Counted from the first letter of the stretch, positions 26,934 through 37,073 are shown. The stretch is 64,000 bases of DNA from an uncultured Gemmatimonadaceae bacterium (GCA_963781585.1 CAWAGQ010000005.1:352001-416000), one strand, 5' to 3'. Made by a program: numbers and translations. Notes: generated from the sequence alone by a model not told the origin.

Positions 26934-28433
26934 ATGCGAGGACTGCTCGTGGTGGGCCGGCTTTTTCCGTTCGTGGTCTCGTTCTTCCGGGACCGCCGGC
27001 GGTGGCTTCTGGCCGGGAGTCCGATGGTACGGACCGCGGCGTTTCACGAAGCCCGCGCAGAGCGTCTGGTTGCGACCATCGCGGAGCTCGGACCGTCGTT
27101 CGTGAAGCTCGCGCAGGTCTTTTCGGCCCGCGCCGATCTGATCCCCGAGCCGTACGTCGGGGTGCTCTCGTCGCTGACGGATCAGGTGCCACCGGTCCCC
27201 ACTCCGCTCATCCGGCACGAGGTGGAGCGTGCCTACGGCCGCGGGATCGAGGAGGTGTTCGAGCGCTTCGACAACGAGCCGCTCGCGGCGGCGTCACTGG
27301 GTCAGGTCCATCGCGCGCGCTATCGAGGCGAGGAAGTGGTGGTCAAGGTGCTGCGCCCCGGTGTGGAGTCGCTGGTCAGCAAGGATCTCGCGGCGGCGCG
27401 GCCGCTGATGCGGTGGCTCGAGCGCTGGTTCCCGAACGCGCACGTCCGGAATGCGCGTGCGGTAATCGAAGAATTCGCGGTTCGCATCTGGGAAGAGATG
27501 GACTTCGTGCACGAGGCGGCCAACGCCGAAGAGATCCGACAGAATTTTCGAGGCAATCGGCGTGTCGTCATCCCCCGGGTGATGCACGAACTCGTGCGGC
27601 CGCGCGTGCTCGTGCTCGAATATCTGGAGGGCACGCGCGTCGACCGCCTGACGCCGCATCCCGGGAACGGCGCGCATGACCCGCACGGTGTGGTGAGCGG
27701 GGTGATGGAATTGTACCTCGAGATGATGCTGGTGCACGGCTTCTTTCACGCGGATCCCCATCCGGGGAACCTGCAGGTGTCGCCGGACGGGAGACGCGTG
27801 ATCCTGCTCGATTTCGGCATGGTGGTGCGCGTACCCCGGGAGATGCGCTGGCATCTGGTGTCGACGGTCTTCGCGGCCATTCGCCGAGATGTCGACGGGG
27901 TCGTGGCCGGGTTCAGGGCGCTCGGCGTGATCGAGCCCGGAGCCGATCCGGAGCAGATCCGACAGCTGGCAGTGCGACTCATGGCCATCGCCTACGATCC
28001 GTCGTCGATGCAGGAACGCATTCAGCTGCTGGCGGACGAAGTGATGACCACGCTCTACGACTGGCCGGTGCGGCTACCGAGCGAACTGGTGTACTTCGCC
28101 AGAACCACGACGCTGATCGAAGGGTTGGGAGTGCGCTACGACACCCACTTCAACCCGATCACCTTCGCGGCGCCGATCGCGCTCCGGCTCCGCGGTCGAA
28201 TCCTTCACTCGCTTGGCCGGGGGGAGCCGCCCCCGATCGACATGGCCACGGTCGTGGGTGAAGTCCTGGGGCGAGTGGCGGGGTACGTGGTGCGCGCCGG
28301 GAGGGACCTGGCTTCGCGGCTGTCCCAGGAGGTCCGTGCCGTGGGTGCGCAATCGCTGGCGGCGTCGAAGCGAGGTCAGAACGGCAACGACCACGGCCCG
28401 GACGCCATGCCAAAGCTGCTGGCGGGCGACTAG
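26934..28433 (+). CDS. AarF/UbiB/ABC1 family atypical kinase
   Basis: LGPSFVKLAQ, AAASLGQVHRA, VVKVLRPG, FHADPHPGN, LDFGM. Confidence 0.93.
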   Translation: MRGLLVVGRLFPFVVSFFRDRRRWLLAGSPMVRTAAFHEARAERLVATIAELGPSFVKLAQVFSARADLIPEPYVGVLSSLTDQVPPVPTPLIRHEVERAYGRGIEEVFERFDNEPLAAASLGQVHRARYRGEEVVVKVLRPGVESLVSKDLAAARPLMRWLERWFPNAHVRNARAVIEEFAVRIWEEMDFVHEAANAEEIRQNFRGNRRVVIPRVMHELVRPRVLVLEYLEGTRVDRLTPHPGNGAHDPHGVVSGVMELYLEMMLVHGFFHADPHPGNLQVSPDGRRVILLDFGMVVRVPREMRWHLVSTVFAAIRRDVDGVVAGFRALGVIEPGADPEQIRQLAVRLMAIAYDPSSMQERIQLLADEVMTTLYDWPVRLPSELVYFARTTTLIEGLGVRYDTHFNPITFAAPIALRLRGRILHSLGRGEPPPIDMATVVGEVLGRVAGYVVRAGRDLASRLSQEVRAVGAQSLAASKRGQNGNDHGPDAMPKLLAGD

Positions 28434-28469
28434 CGTTATCGCAGACCCGACCAACGCCCCGTGCTTCCC

Positions 28470-29735
28470 ATGGCAGCCCCTCGGACCTTCTGGCGACGCG
28501 CACTGCGACCGCTGCTCACAGCCGCGATGTGTCTCCCGGCGGCCTCACTCCGCGACGCGCGGGTGGGCCGCATTCCCGGTGAGAGGGCAATGCAGGCGCG
28601 CGTTCGACTCGGGATCGAGGTACTGCTGACCGACTCACTGGCCCTGGTGCGGGGGAAACGCGTAGGCCTCATCACGAATCAGACCGGCGTCACGCCCGAT
28701 GGTCGGAGTACAATTGACCTGCTTTTTCACCAGCCGGGTGTGCGCCTGACGGCGCTGTTCGCGCCGGAGCATGGATTGCGTGGCCAGGGTGCCGCCGGCG
28801 AGCGAATCCTCTCTGGTACGGATTCAGCTACCGGCGTGCCGGTGTATTCGTTGTACGGCGAGACTCGCGTTCCCACGCCGGAGATGCTCAGGGATGTGGA
28901 TGTCCTGGTCTACGACATTCAGGATGTGGGCGCGCGCGTGTACACGTTCGAGTGGACGATGGCGCTCGCGGCCCAGGCCGGAAAGCGGAAGTTCATCGTA
29001 CTCGACCGTCCGAATCCGATACGTGGCGATCGAATGGAAGGCGGTGTGCTCGACACGGCGTTTCGCTCGTTCGTGGGCCAGTATCCAGTGGCGATGCGCT
29101 ATGGTCTGACACCGGGGGAGCTGCTTCGGTATCTGGTGGGTACCGGTCAGGTCGAAGCCGATGTCACCGTGGTGCCGATGGAGGGATGGCACCGCTCCAT
29201 GTGGTGGGAAGAGACGGGCCTCCCCTGGCGCAACCCCTCTCCCAATATCCGTTCCGTGGATGCGGCCCTGGTGTACAGCGGCACCGTGTTTTTCGAGGGC
29301 ACCAACCTGAGTGAGGGTCGCGGGACGCCGTTTCCGTTTCAGCTCGTCGGCGCCGGGTGGCTTGGCGATGCCGGTGCGATTGCGCGTGAATTGAACGGCA
29401 AGCGGATTCCGGGCGTGGTGTTCGATTCAAGCGTGGTAACGGTCGAAGAAGGGCAGAAGTGGGGCGGACAGCGGATTCCGATGCTTGTCGTGTCGGTGGC
29501 AGATCGCACGGTACTCAGACCGCACCAGGTCGGGCTGGAAATGCTCCGCGCGATCTATCAGCGGCATCCGCAGGACTTCCAGTGGAATCGAGCGGCGATC
29601 GATCGGCTCGCGGGCTCCGACCGATTGAGGAGGGCCGTCGAGACGGATGGCGGAATCGAGGCGTTGATACCCGTGCTCGACGCGGAGTCCCGCGCGTTCG
29701 CTGATCGCGTACGGCCCTTTCTGCTATACCCCTAG
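28470..29735 (+). CDS. Exo-beta-N-acetylmuramidase NamZ family (DUF1343)
   Basis: GLITNQTG, FAPEHG, YDIQDVGAR, LDRPNP, PSPN, EGTNLSEGRGT, C-terminal FLLYP. Confidence 0.9.
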   Translation: MAAPRTFWRRALRPLLTAAMCLPAASLRDARVGRIPGERAMQARVRLGIEVLLTDSLALVRGKRVGLITNQTGVTPDGRSTIDLLFHQPGVRLTALFAPEHGLRGQGAAGERILSGTDSATGVPVYSLYGETRVPTPEMLRDVDVLVYDIQDVGARVYTFEWTMALAAQAGKRKFIVLDRPNPIRGDRMEGGVLDTAFRSFVGQYPVAMRYGLTPGELLRYLVGTGQVEADVTVVPMEGWHRSMWWEETGLPWRNPSPNIRSVDAALVYSGTVFFEGTNLSEGRGTPFPFQLVGAGWLGDAGAIARELNGKRIPGVVFDSSVVTVEEGQKWGGQRIPMLVVSVADRTVLRPHQVGLEMLRAIYQRHPQDFQWNRAAIDRLAGSDRLRRAVETDGGIEALIPVLDAESRAFADRVRPFLLYP

Positions 29736-30103
29736 CAGGGCCCACCCCGGGCTTGCGTGACTCGTCATGCAACTACGGGAGTCATGCCGCCGCGAGAGGT
29801 GTCGTGTCAGGTCGCGTGGGGTAGTGCCCGCGTTGCGCCCAGGTCGGTGGCACGGGCAGGGCGTCTGGCCGCGGGCGGTCGGACGAAGTTGACGTCTGGT
29901 GTGGGTAGAGGGTCACCAGCGTTTCGCTCCCTAGTATCGGCTCGTCGTTTTGATGACTGGACTTCCGCGGACTGGATGCCGAAGATGGGGACCTTCGGGC
30001 CGCCGGTCCGCCTGGGTCCGTGTTAACAGCCGCCAATATTGCCGGGTCCATTCGTGCGGAGGCCCGGTGCTCTCATTATCCAGCTGCGACCCGGTCGCCA
30101 TTT

Positions 30104-30988
30104 GTGAAACTGAGCTTCGTGAGCTTGGCCCCGTGGATCGCGCTGGTGGTTGTCCTCGCCATTACGGGAATGCTGGCGATCGTCCGGCGCGCCAGGCGGG
30201 GGTCGGCTCAGGCCCCACCGGTGCCGGCCGTCCAGGGGGCACCACAGGCAGACGACCGCATGGTCCAGCGCTCGCAAGCACTCGATGCCCTCGGAGAGGG
30301 TGTCCTGATCCTGGATCGCGACGGGCGCGTGAGAGACTGCAACAGCTCGGCGCTGACGTTGTTCGACAGGCATCGAGGCGGCATAGAAGGGCAATTCGCG
30401 GCCACGCTGCGCCGCTTCGAGGGTCTGGATCAGAGTGATCCGCATCGGGTGGCCTCGGAGCACGCGGTTTGGGTGGGCGAAGCGTGGGCGCGGCAGCCCG
30501 ATGGCGGGGTGAAGCTCTGCCTGTCGCGCGTGATCGCGGTGCGCGATGGTCGGGCCCGGGTGACGGGGTACGTGGAGGCGTTTCGCGACGTGACAGCGGA
30601 GCCCGCACTGAGCGAGGAGTTCAGGGATCTGCTGTATGGGGTGCGCGCGTTCGATTCCATTTCGGCAACGCCGCGGGAGTTGGTACGGGCCGTTCGGGAC
30701 GAACTGCGCGTGCTGAGTGAGGCGTTTCGCGATCTCGATCTGGTAATCCGGCAGTACGAGCGGTTATTGCCGGCTCTGCGAGCCGACGATCCGCTCACCG
30801 AGTCGATCGCGGGGCTGGCCCATGAGGCCCGTGCGGTGGTGGCATCGGTGGGGGTTCCGGCACTACTCGAGGAGATCCCGCGCGCCCTGACTCGTCTGCG
30901 CAGCCATATGCAGCAGCTGGCGGTAGACCCTTCGACGGCTGAGGCTGAGCCGGCGCAGCCGGAGCGAGCGGTTCCGGAAGAACTCTGA
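30104..30988 (+). CDS. Membrane-anchored PAS-domain protein with helical C-terminus
   Basis: N-terminal TM; LDALGEGVLILDRDGRVRDCN..W.GE..RDGRARVTGYVEAFRDVT PAS/PAC; no kinase ATPase boxes. Confidence 0.75.
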   Translation: MKLSFVSLAPWIALVVVLAITGMLAIVRRARRGSAQAPPVPAVQGAPQADDRMVQRSQALDALGEGVLILDRDGRVRDCNSSALTLFDRHRGGIEGQFAATLRRFEGLDQSDPHRVASEHAVWVGEAWARQPDGGVKLCLSRVIAVRDGRARVTGYVEAFRDVTAEPALSEEFRDLLYGVRAFDSISATPRELVRAVRDELRVLSEAFRDLDLVIRQYERLLPALRADDPLTESIAGLAHEARAVVASVGVPALLEEIPRALTRLRSHMQQLAVDPSTAEAEPAQPERAVPEEL

Positions 30989-31065
30989 CACGGCGGTGGC
31001 TGCCACTTCCCGGTAACGCCGCGTAGGTTCCCGAACTTGCCGCGTGGCACTTTCTCTCCGGGGCC

Positions 31066-32766
31066 GTGCTCGCTCCCCTTCCCGAATCTCCGCAGGCCAT
31101 AGCCGCCGCCGTCTGGGCCGACCTGGCGCCCTACTACGAGGGGCTCGCCACGGTGCCGGTGGAGCCTAACGATGCCGAGTCCTGGCTGCGGAGCTGGTCG
31201 TGCCTGGAGGAGGTGATCGACGAGGCGGGGACGCTGGCGATGATCGCGTACACGTGTGACACGAGCGATGTCGAGAAGGAGGCGGCGAATCTGCGCTGGT
31301 CGGCCGAGATCTTCCCGAAGGTCGGGGAGCAACAGGTGCGGCTGGCGAAGCGGCTGATCGCGCTCGGGTATACGCGGGCGGATCTGGAGACGGTGCTCCG
31401 CGGATTTCGGACCGACATCGAGATTTTCCGTGAGGAGAACGTGCCGCTGTTCTCGCAGATCGAGGAACTGGTGGCCGCGTACCAGAAGATTACCGGAGGG
31501 CTGGAGGTCGAGTGGGACGGCGCGAAGAAGACCGTTCCGCAACTGCAGCCGTTTCTCAAGGAGCGGGATCGGGGCATCCGGGAGCGGGCATTTCGAGTGG
31601 GGACCGACGCCTACGCGAGTCGTCGGGAGGAGATGGCGTCGCTGTTCAACGGCATGTACGCACTGCGCCAGCAGGTTGCGCGCAACGCGGGGTTCCCGGA
31701 CTACCAGGCCTACGTGTTCCGGGCGAAACACCGGTTCGACTATTCGCCCGAGGATTGTGCGACGTTCCATCGGGCGGTGGAGGAGACCGTCGTGCCCGCG
31801 GTGGCACGGCTCATGGAGTATCGCCGGCGCCAACTCGGGGTGGAGGCGCTGCGGCCATGGGATACACAGGTCGAACTGGACACGTTACGGCCGGTGAAGC
31901 CGTTCGACTCGATCGAGGGGTTCATCGGGCCGGCGATCCGGATGTTCCGGGCGCTCGACGGGGAGCTGGGGGCGGCGTTTCAGCGCATGGCTGACGAGGG
32001 TCTGCTCGACCTCGAGAGCCGGCCGGGGAAGGCGCCGGGCGGCTACTGCACGAAACTCGCCTGGCGCGGCGTGCCGTTCATCTTCATGAACGCCGTGGGC
32101 GTACCGGATGATGTGAACACGCTGGTACACGAGGCGGGTCATTGCTTCCACGATTTCGCCGCGCACGGGCAACCGTTCATCTGGCAGCGCAGCGTGGGAC
32201 ACGAGGCTGCCGAGCTGGCCTCGATGAGCATGGAGTTGCTGGCGGCCGCCCACCTCGTGCAGCCCACCGGATACTACACGGCGGACGAAGCGCGGTCGGT
32301 TCAGATCGAGCATCTCGAAGACGTGCTGGCGAGCCTGGCACACATCGCGAGCGTGGATGCCTATCAGCGATGGATTTACACCAGCGGTCAGGGAGGCGAC
32401 GCCGAGGCTCGTGACGCGGCGTGGCTGGCGATCCGGGCGCGCTTTGAGCGCGGCGTGGACTGGCGGGGGCTGGAGCAGGAGCGGGTGGTACGGTGGTACC
32501 GGCAGCTGCACATCTTCGAGTATCCGTTCTACTACATCGAGTACGGGATTGCCCAGCTGGGCGCCTTGCAGCTGTGGCGCGCGAGCCTTGACGATCCCCG
32601 GGGGGTGGTGGAGCGGTACAAGCGGGCACTCGCGTTAGGTGGCACGCGCTCCCTGCCGGAGATTTACCAGACCGCGGGCGCTCGACTCATCTTTGATGCC
32701 GAGGGCATGGGCGAGCTGGTGGGGCTGGTGGAGCGGCGGATCGGAGCGCTACGGGGCGGCGCGTAG
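31066..32766 (+). CDS. Oligoendopeptidase F (M3B)
   Basis: LRPWD, GKAPGGYC, HEAGH zinc motif, AELASMSMEL, HIFEYPFYYIEY. Confidence 0.95.
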   Translation: MLAPLPESPQAIAAAVWADLAPYYEGLATVPVEPNDAESWLRSWSCLEEVIDEAGTLAMIAYTCDTSDVEKEAANLRWSAEIFPKVGEQQVRLAKRLIALGYTRADLETVLRGFRTDIEIFREENVPLFSQIEELVAAYQKITGGLEVEWDGAKKTVPQLQPFLKERDRGIRERAFRVGTDAYASRREEMASLFNGMYALRQQVARNAGFPDYQAYVFRAKHRFDYSPEDCATFHRAVEETVVPAVARLMEYRRRQLGVEALRPWDTQVELDTLRPVKPFDSIEGFIGPAIRMFRALDGELGAAFQRMADEGLLDLESRPGKAPGGYCTKLAWRGVPFIFMNAVGVPDDVNTLVHEAGHCFHDFAAHGQPFIWQRSVGHEAAELASMSMELLAAAHLVQPTGYYTADEARSVQIEHLEDVLASLAHIASVDAYQRWIYTSGQGGDAEARDAAWLAIRARFERGVDWRGLEQERVVRWYRQLHIFEYPFYYIEYGIAQLGALQLWRASLDDPRGVVERYKRALALGGTRSLPEIYQTAGARLIFDAEGMGELVGLVERRIGALRGGA

Positions 32767-32951
32767 GCACGCGAGGGTCGTGCCGGTACGCAACCGACAG
32801 TCCTGCCGGTCTGACGACGCTTGCCGGGACCGCGACCGCGTGACAGGGTATCGGGAGACTCCTGGCTGTGCCGGCCGGTGACGGACCGGCGCAGAGCACT
32901 TGGCAGCGGGGCCCGACCCGTCGTCGCAGGTTCAACGCGAGCGCATCGTCC

Positions 32952-33461
32952 ATGCTCACGACTACAGTCGCTGGAATGCTGACCCGCGAGCTCCGCACGT
33001 TTCGGCGCGAGCTGGAGGCATATCCGGACGAATCCCAGATCTGGCAGACGCATCCGGCGCTCCCCAATACGACGGGAACCCTCGCGCTGCATGCGGCCGG
33101 GAACCTGCTCCATTTTGTCGGGGCGGTGCTTGGGAACACCGGCTATGTTCGGAATCGCGACGGCGAGTTTCAGCGCCGCGACGTGCCGCGTGCGGAACTC
33201 ATCCGCGAACTGGAGCGGGCGGTCGAGGTGGTGCAGCAGTCGCTCGCCTCGGTAACCGATGCACAGCTCGACGACTGGTATCCCCTTCCCATCGCCAAAT
33301 GCCGGGTGCGGACGGGGGAGTTCCTGGTCCATCTGGCGGTGCACCTGGGCTATCACCTTGGTCAGGCCGATTTTCACCGCCGCATCATCACTGGAGAGAC
33401 ACGAGGAGCCGGCGCCGTCTCCCCAGCGGAGCTTCCGGGTGCCGTTCCGGTGGAGGCGTGA
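32952..33461 (+). CDS. DinB/DUF1572 family protein
   Basis: NTTGTLALHAAGNL, YVRNRDGEF, HLGYHLGQ. Confidence 0.85.
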   Translation: MLTTTVAGMLTRELRTFRRELEAYPDESQIWQTHPALPNTTGTLALHAAGNLLHFVGAVLGNTGYVRNRDGEFQRRDVPRAELIRELERAVEVVQQSLASVTDAQLDDWYPLPIAKCRVRTGEFLVHLAVHLGYHLGQADFHRRIITGETRGAGAVSPAELPGAVPVEA

Positions 33462-33549
33462 CCATTCCATGCGCCACCGAGCCATCGCTCCGGGGTATGT
33501 GGCGGGCTCAGGTTGCACGAGTCCTTTCACCACGACAGGATTGGCGGTC

Positions 33550-34005
33550 ATGGGAATGCTGCGGAAAGTCCTGATGCCGGTGCTGGTGGTGGCCGGCACG
33601 TCCTGCCTCAACCTCGACAGCCCGCCCGAAGAGAACGTCGTACTCAGCATCGGCGTGTCCAATCAGACGCCCACGGTCGGGGAGCAGATCGACATCACGA
33701 TCACCGCCACGAACGATGCCAAGGAGGGCGTGACGTTGAAGGGGGCCAGCGACTGCCTGTTGTTCTTCCAGGTCCGCGACTCCCGGAATGGTGTGCTCAT
33801 GTACGCGTCGACCGACGCGTGCACCGGCTCGACGACGTCGGAGTCTCTTCCCGCCGGGGGCCACCGATCGGGGACGCTGCAATGGGATGGGCGGACAGGC
33901 GCGGGTTCGTTCGTTCCGCCCGGATTCTACATCATCGTGCCTGGCGCGTCGCTCTCGACCGGTGCGATTCTGGGTCTGCCGATCACGGTGCAGCTGGTGG
34001 ACTAG
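33550..34005 (+). CDS. Lipoprotein with Ig-like (BsuPI/FlgD-like) domain, paralogue of 22029-22505
   Basis: AGTSC lipobox; ITATN..C..C..LPAG..WDG..VPPGFY. Confidence 0.65.
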   Translation: MGMLRKVLMPVLVVAGTSCLNLDSPPEENVVLSIGVSNQTPTVGEQIDITITATNDAKEGVTLKGASDCLLFFQVRDSRNGVLMYASTDACTGSTTSESLPAGGHRSGTLQWDGRTGAGSFVPPGFYIIVPGASLSTGAILGLPITVQLVD

Positions 34006-34177
34006 TGTGGGGCCGCCCCGCGGTCACGGGGCCGGTGGTGGTGCGAAGGGGAGGGACTGACCCGTGCCGGCGGGCACCTGGCGCGGCGGATGAGGCAGCC
34101 GGCGTTGCCGGCGAAGGGAGAATTGTTGCCGGGCCGCGCCCGCCTGGGCTCGGCGTACCTAACGAGGAAATGAAACG

Positions 34178-34516
34178 ATGCGAGCTTCCATGGTGACAAT
34201 GGCGATGTCGCTGGACGGCTACGTGGTGGAGGAGACGCTGGGCGTCGTGCGCGGGATCGTGGTGCGTTCCCGCTCGGTGTTCGGGACGGTGGGGGCGAAG
34301 CTCCAGACATTGCTGGGCGGGAACATCACCCTGCTGACCGAGCTCTGCGAGCGAACACGGGCGGACGCGTTTGCCCAGATGATCAGCCACGCCGAGTTGT
34401 TAGGCGCGAACGCCGTGGTCTGTGTGCGGTACGACGCCACGGAGGTCATGCAGGGTGTCACGGAAGTCCTGTGCTACGGCACGGCGGTTCGCGCGGCGCC
34501 GGCGCCGGTACGGTAG
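34178..34516 (+). CDS. YbjQ/UPF0145 family protein
   Basis: [33 protein letters not shown]. Confidence 0.92.
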   Translation: MRASMVTMAMSLDGYVVEETLGVVRGIVVRSRSVFGTVGAKLQTLLGGNITLLTELCERTRADAFAQMISHAELLGANAVVCVRYDATEVMQGVTEVLCYGTAVRAAPAPVR

Positions 34517-34751
34517 GCGGGGCGGGGGCGCGCGGGCGGGGTGGTCACGGCGGGGCCGTGGCGCGGCCCCGGCGGACCTAACGGCGGCCTGCCTCACGAG
34601 AGGCGGCGGCCGGGTTCGCGCGGCGGCCGGGGATGGTGTATACTTGTGCGACACGGATCGGGCCCCCGGAGTTGCGGGCCGACAGGCGGTACTCACCTTC
34701 ACGCGCCGCTCTGCCGTCGTAAGGCGGAAGCGGCACTTCCGGAGCACTGTC

Positions 34752-35027
34752 ATGGCGAAGCGCAAGGCGAAGGCCGCGAAGCGCGGCACCGGGGCGGCGA
34801 AGCGGACGACACGCAGGGCCAGGACCGCCTCGATTGCCGGCATCAGCCGGATCGATCAGGTATCGACTCGCACGCACGGCTACTTCGTCCGCGTCGGCTA
34901 TCATCGCACCCGGGATGGCGCCTGGCGGCCCCGCCATCGGGCGTTCTTCGGGGACGCGAGCCACGGCGGCAAGATGAAGGCGCTCAAGGCAGCGACCAAG
35001 TGGCTGAAGAGCGTCTCGAAGAAGTAG
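34752..35027 (+). CDS. Small basic protein: Lys/Ala/Arg tail plus AP2-like DNA-binding domain
   Basis: GGAG RBS; MAKRKAKAAKRGTGAAKR; GISRID..THGYFVRV..FFGD..HGGK.KAL.AA; TATACT about 110 nt upstream. Confidence 0.7.
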   Translation: MAKRKAKAAKRGTGAAKRTTRRARTASIAGISRIDQVSTRTHGYFVRVGYHRTRDGAWRPRHRAFFGDASHGGKMKALKAATKWLKSVSKK

Positions 35028-35143
35028 CGTGATGACCCGCGCGCCCGCCGGACCGCGCGCGGGCGATCGATTTACTGCGCTGCTGCGCCGGATCGCGCAT
35101 TCCGCCCGAGCCGCCCGCCGGCGGCCCGGGGTGACGTGATGCC

Positions 35144-35467
35144 ATGAGCCTGGAGGGCGGCAGGTCGATGGACGAGTCGCCCGAACGCCTGCTGGGACGC
35201 TGGCGGCTGCTGCGCGCCGATGCCGCGCTCTCGTTCGCGCCGGACGTGCGGATGGAGTTCCGCAGTGGCGGCCGGTTGCTCTACGAGTTCGCCGCGGGCG
35301 CGAGACGCCAGGTCGTGCGCCTGCTCTATCGCGTCGACGGCGAGACGCTGCGCACCGACAACCCCACCGCGCAGCACGAGCTCACCACGCACTTCCACTT
35401 CGGGGCGGGCGGGGTGCTGGTCTTCGATTTCGCCGGCGCGCGCGCCTGGTTCGTGCGGGAGCTGTAG
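35144..35467 (+). CDS. Hypothetical small beta-rich (lipocalin-like) protein
   Basis: LLGRWRL start motif, YRVDGETL; coding-like codon use. Confidence 0.6.
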   Translation: MSLEGGRSMDESPERLLGRWRLLRADAALSFAPDVRMEFRSGGRLLYEFAAGARRQVVRLLYRVDGETLRTDNPTAQHELTTHFHFGAGGVLVFDFAGARAWFVREL

Positions 35468-35691
35468 CCGACGCGTCAGTACACCCGCCCGTGGACCGCG
35501 GCGTGAGGGGCCAGCGCGGTTGATCGACGGTCGGGGGGCGGCCCTGAGGGTCTGCTGCCGCGCCAACGGGCTGCGGGTAGATTGCACCGCCGGGCTCCGT
35601 GGCAGCGGGTGGACGCCGCCGCCCCACCCGGCGTGCCAGCTGACCCGGGTGACAGTGCGGATCTCCAACAGCCGCCTTCCGCGGTCCATCC

Positions 35692-35907
35692 ATGGCCATC
35701 TTCCGAAAGTCGATCTTCAAGACCGAATGCGACGAGTGCGGCAAGCCCTTCCCGATCAACAGCGGAGGGGTGTGCGAGCGATGTCGCCGCATTCTCTGCA
35801 ATCAGCACCTGCACGGCTCGGTGGTACGGCGTGCCGCGATCGCCTTCGGCGCACCGTATGTGTGCGTTCGGTGCCGGATGCAGAGCACCGCGGGCCCCAG
35901 TCGATGA
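35692..35907 (+). CDS. Small Cys/His zinc-finger protein
   Basis: CDEC, CERC, CNQH, CVRC in 71 aa; stop overlaps the alaX start (ATGA). Confidence 0.7.
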   Translation: MAIFRKSIFKTECDECGKPFPINSGGVCERCRRILCNQHLHGSVVRRAAIAFGAPYVCVRCRMQSTAGPSR

Positions 35908-37073
35908 CCGAGCGGCTCTACTACACCGATGCGTATCTCGCCGATTTCACCGCAACCGTGGTGGATCGTGCGGCCGACGGCCGACGCATCTACCTCGACC
36001 GGACCGGCTTCTATCCGACCTCAGGCGGCCAGCAGCACGATCTGGGTACGCTGTCCGGCGTTCAGGTCACCGATGTGGTGGATGAAGGGGACCGCATTGC
36101 GCATGTGGTAGCGGCGCCCGTGAACGACACCCAGGTGCACGGCGTGATCGACTGGCCGCGCCGCTTCGATCACATGCAGCAGCACACGGGGCAGCACCTG
36201 CTTTCGGCGATCTTCTCCGACGCGTTCGGGCACGCGACGGTGAGCGTGCATTTCGGGGAGGAGACGTCGACGCTCGACCTGGACTGCGACCAGCTCGCCG
36301 AGGGAATGCTGCACGATGTCGAACGCCGCGCCAACGAGATCGTGATCGGAAACCGGCCGGTTCGCGTGTCCTTCGCCGACGAGGGAGCCGACGTCGGGCT
36401 GCGCAAGGCGACCGAGCGAAGCGGGACGCTTCGGATCGTGGAGATTGACGGACTGGATCGAAGTGCGTGCGGTGGCACGCACGTCCGTTCCACGGCCGAA
36501 GTTGGTGCGGTGCTTCTTCGGCGGCAGGAACGGGTCCGGAAGGCCGCCCGCGTGGAGTTCGTGTGCGGGTATCGGGCGGTCGCACGCGCCAGGCGGGATC
36601 TCCAGGCGCTGGCACAGGCAGCGCACGATCTCTCCTCATCGCTGGACGGGGTGCCGGATCTGGTAAGGGCGCAGGCGGGCCAGCTGCGCGGTGCGGAGAG
36701 CCGTATCCGCCGGCTCGAGAGCGCCCTGTCGGAGTATCGTGCGCGCGAGCGGTTCCAGGCGACGGAGCCCGATGAACGCGGTCTGCGTCGGAGCGTCGAG
36801 CGCCATGCCGCGGGCTCGCCCGACGAGTGGCGGGGGCTCGCGACGGCGTATTGTGCGCTGCCGAAGACCGCCTTCATCGGCGCCTCGGAGAACCCGCCGG
36901 CGGTGCTGCTGGCGGTCTCGGATGATGCCGGCGTCGATGCCGGGAAGACACTGCGCGCCGTCCTGCAGGAGGTTGGCGGGCGTGGCGGTGGCTCACCCCG
37001 GCTCGCGCAGGGCTCCGTCCCGTCGCCCGAAGCCCTCGAGCAGGTGCTGCGTTCCCTGGGAGAGGTGCTCTGA
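35904..37073 (+). CDS. AlaX-type alanyl-tRNA editing protein with DHHA1 domain
   Basis: MTERLYYTD, FYPTSGGQ, HMQQHTGQH, ACGGTHV, GGRGGG..AQG. Confidence 0.93.
   Translation: MTERLYYTDAYLADFTATVVDRAADGRRIYLDRTGFYPTSGGQQHDLGTLSGVQVTDVVDEGDRIAHVVAAPVNDTQVHGVIDWPRRFDHMQQHTGQHLLSAIFSDAFGHATVSVHFGEETSTLDLDCDQLAEGMLHDVERRANEIVIGNRPVRVSFADEGADVGLRKATERSGTLRIVEIDGLDRSACGGTHVRSTAEVGAVLLRRQERVRKAARVEFVCGYRAVARARRDLQALAQAAHDLSSSLDGVPDLVRAQAGQLRGAESRIRRLESALSEYRARERFQATEPDERGLRRSVERHAAGSPDEWRGLATAYCALPKTAFIGASENPPAVLLAVSDDAGVDAGKTLRAVLQEVGGRGGGSPRLAQGSVPSPEALEQVLRSLGEVL

Noticed and set aside
35220..35903. 228-aa N-terminal extension of AlaX (likewise 15845-16498 on the GT2)
   Set aside because: Overlaps other credible genes in different frames; family N-termini begin at 35904 and 16499.
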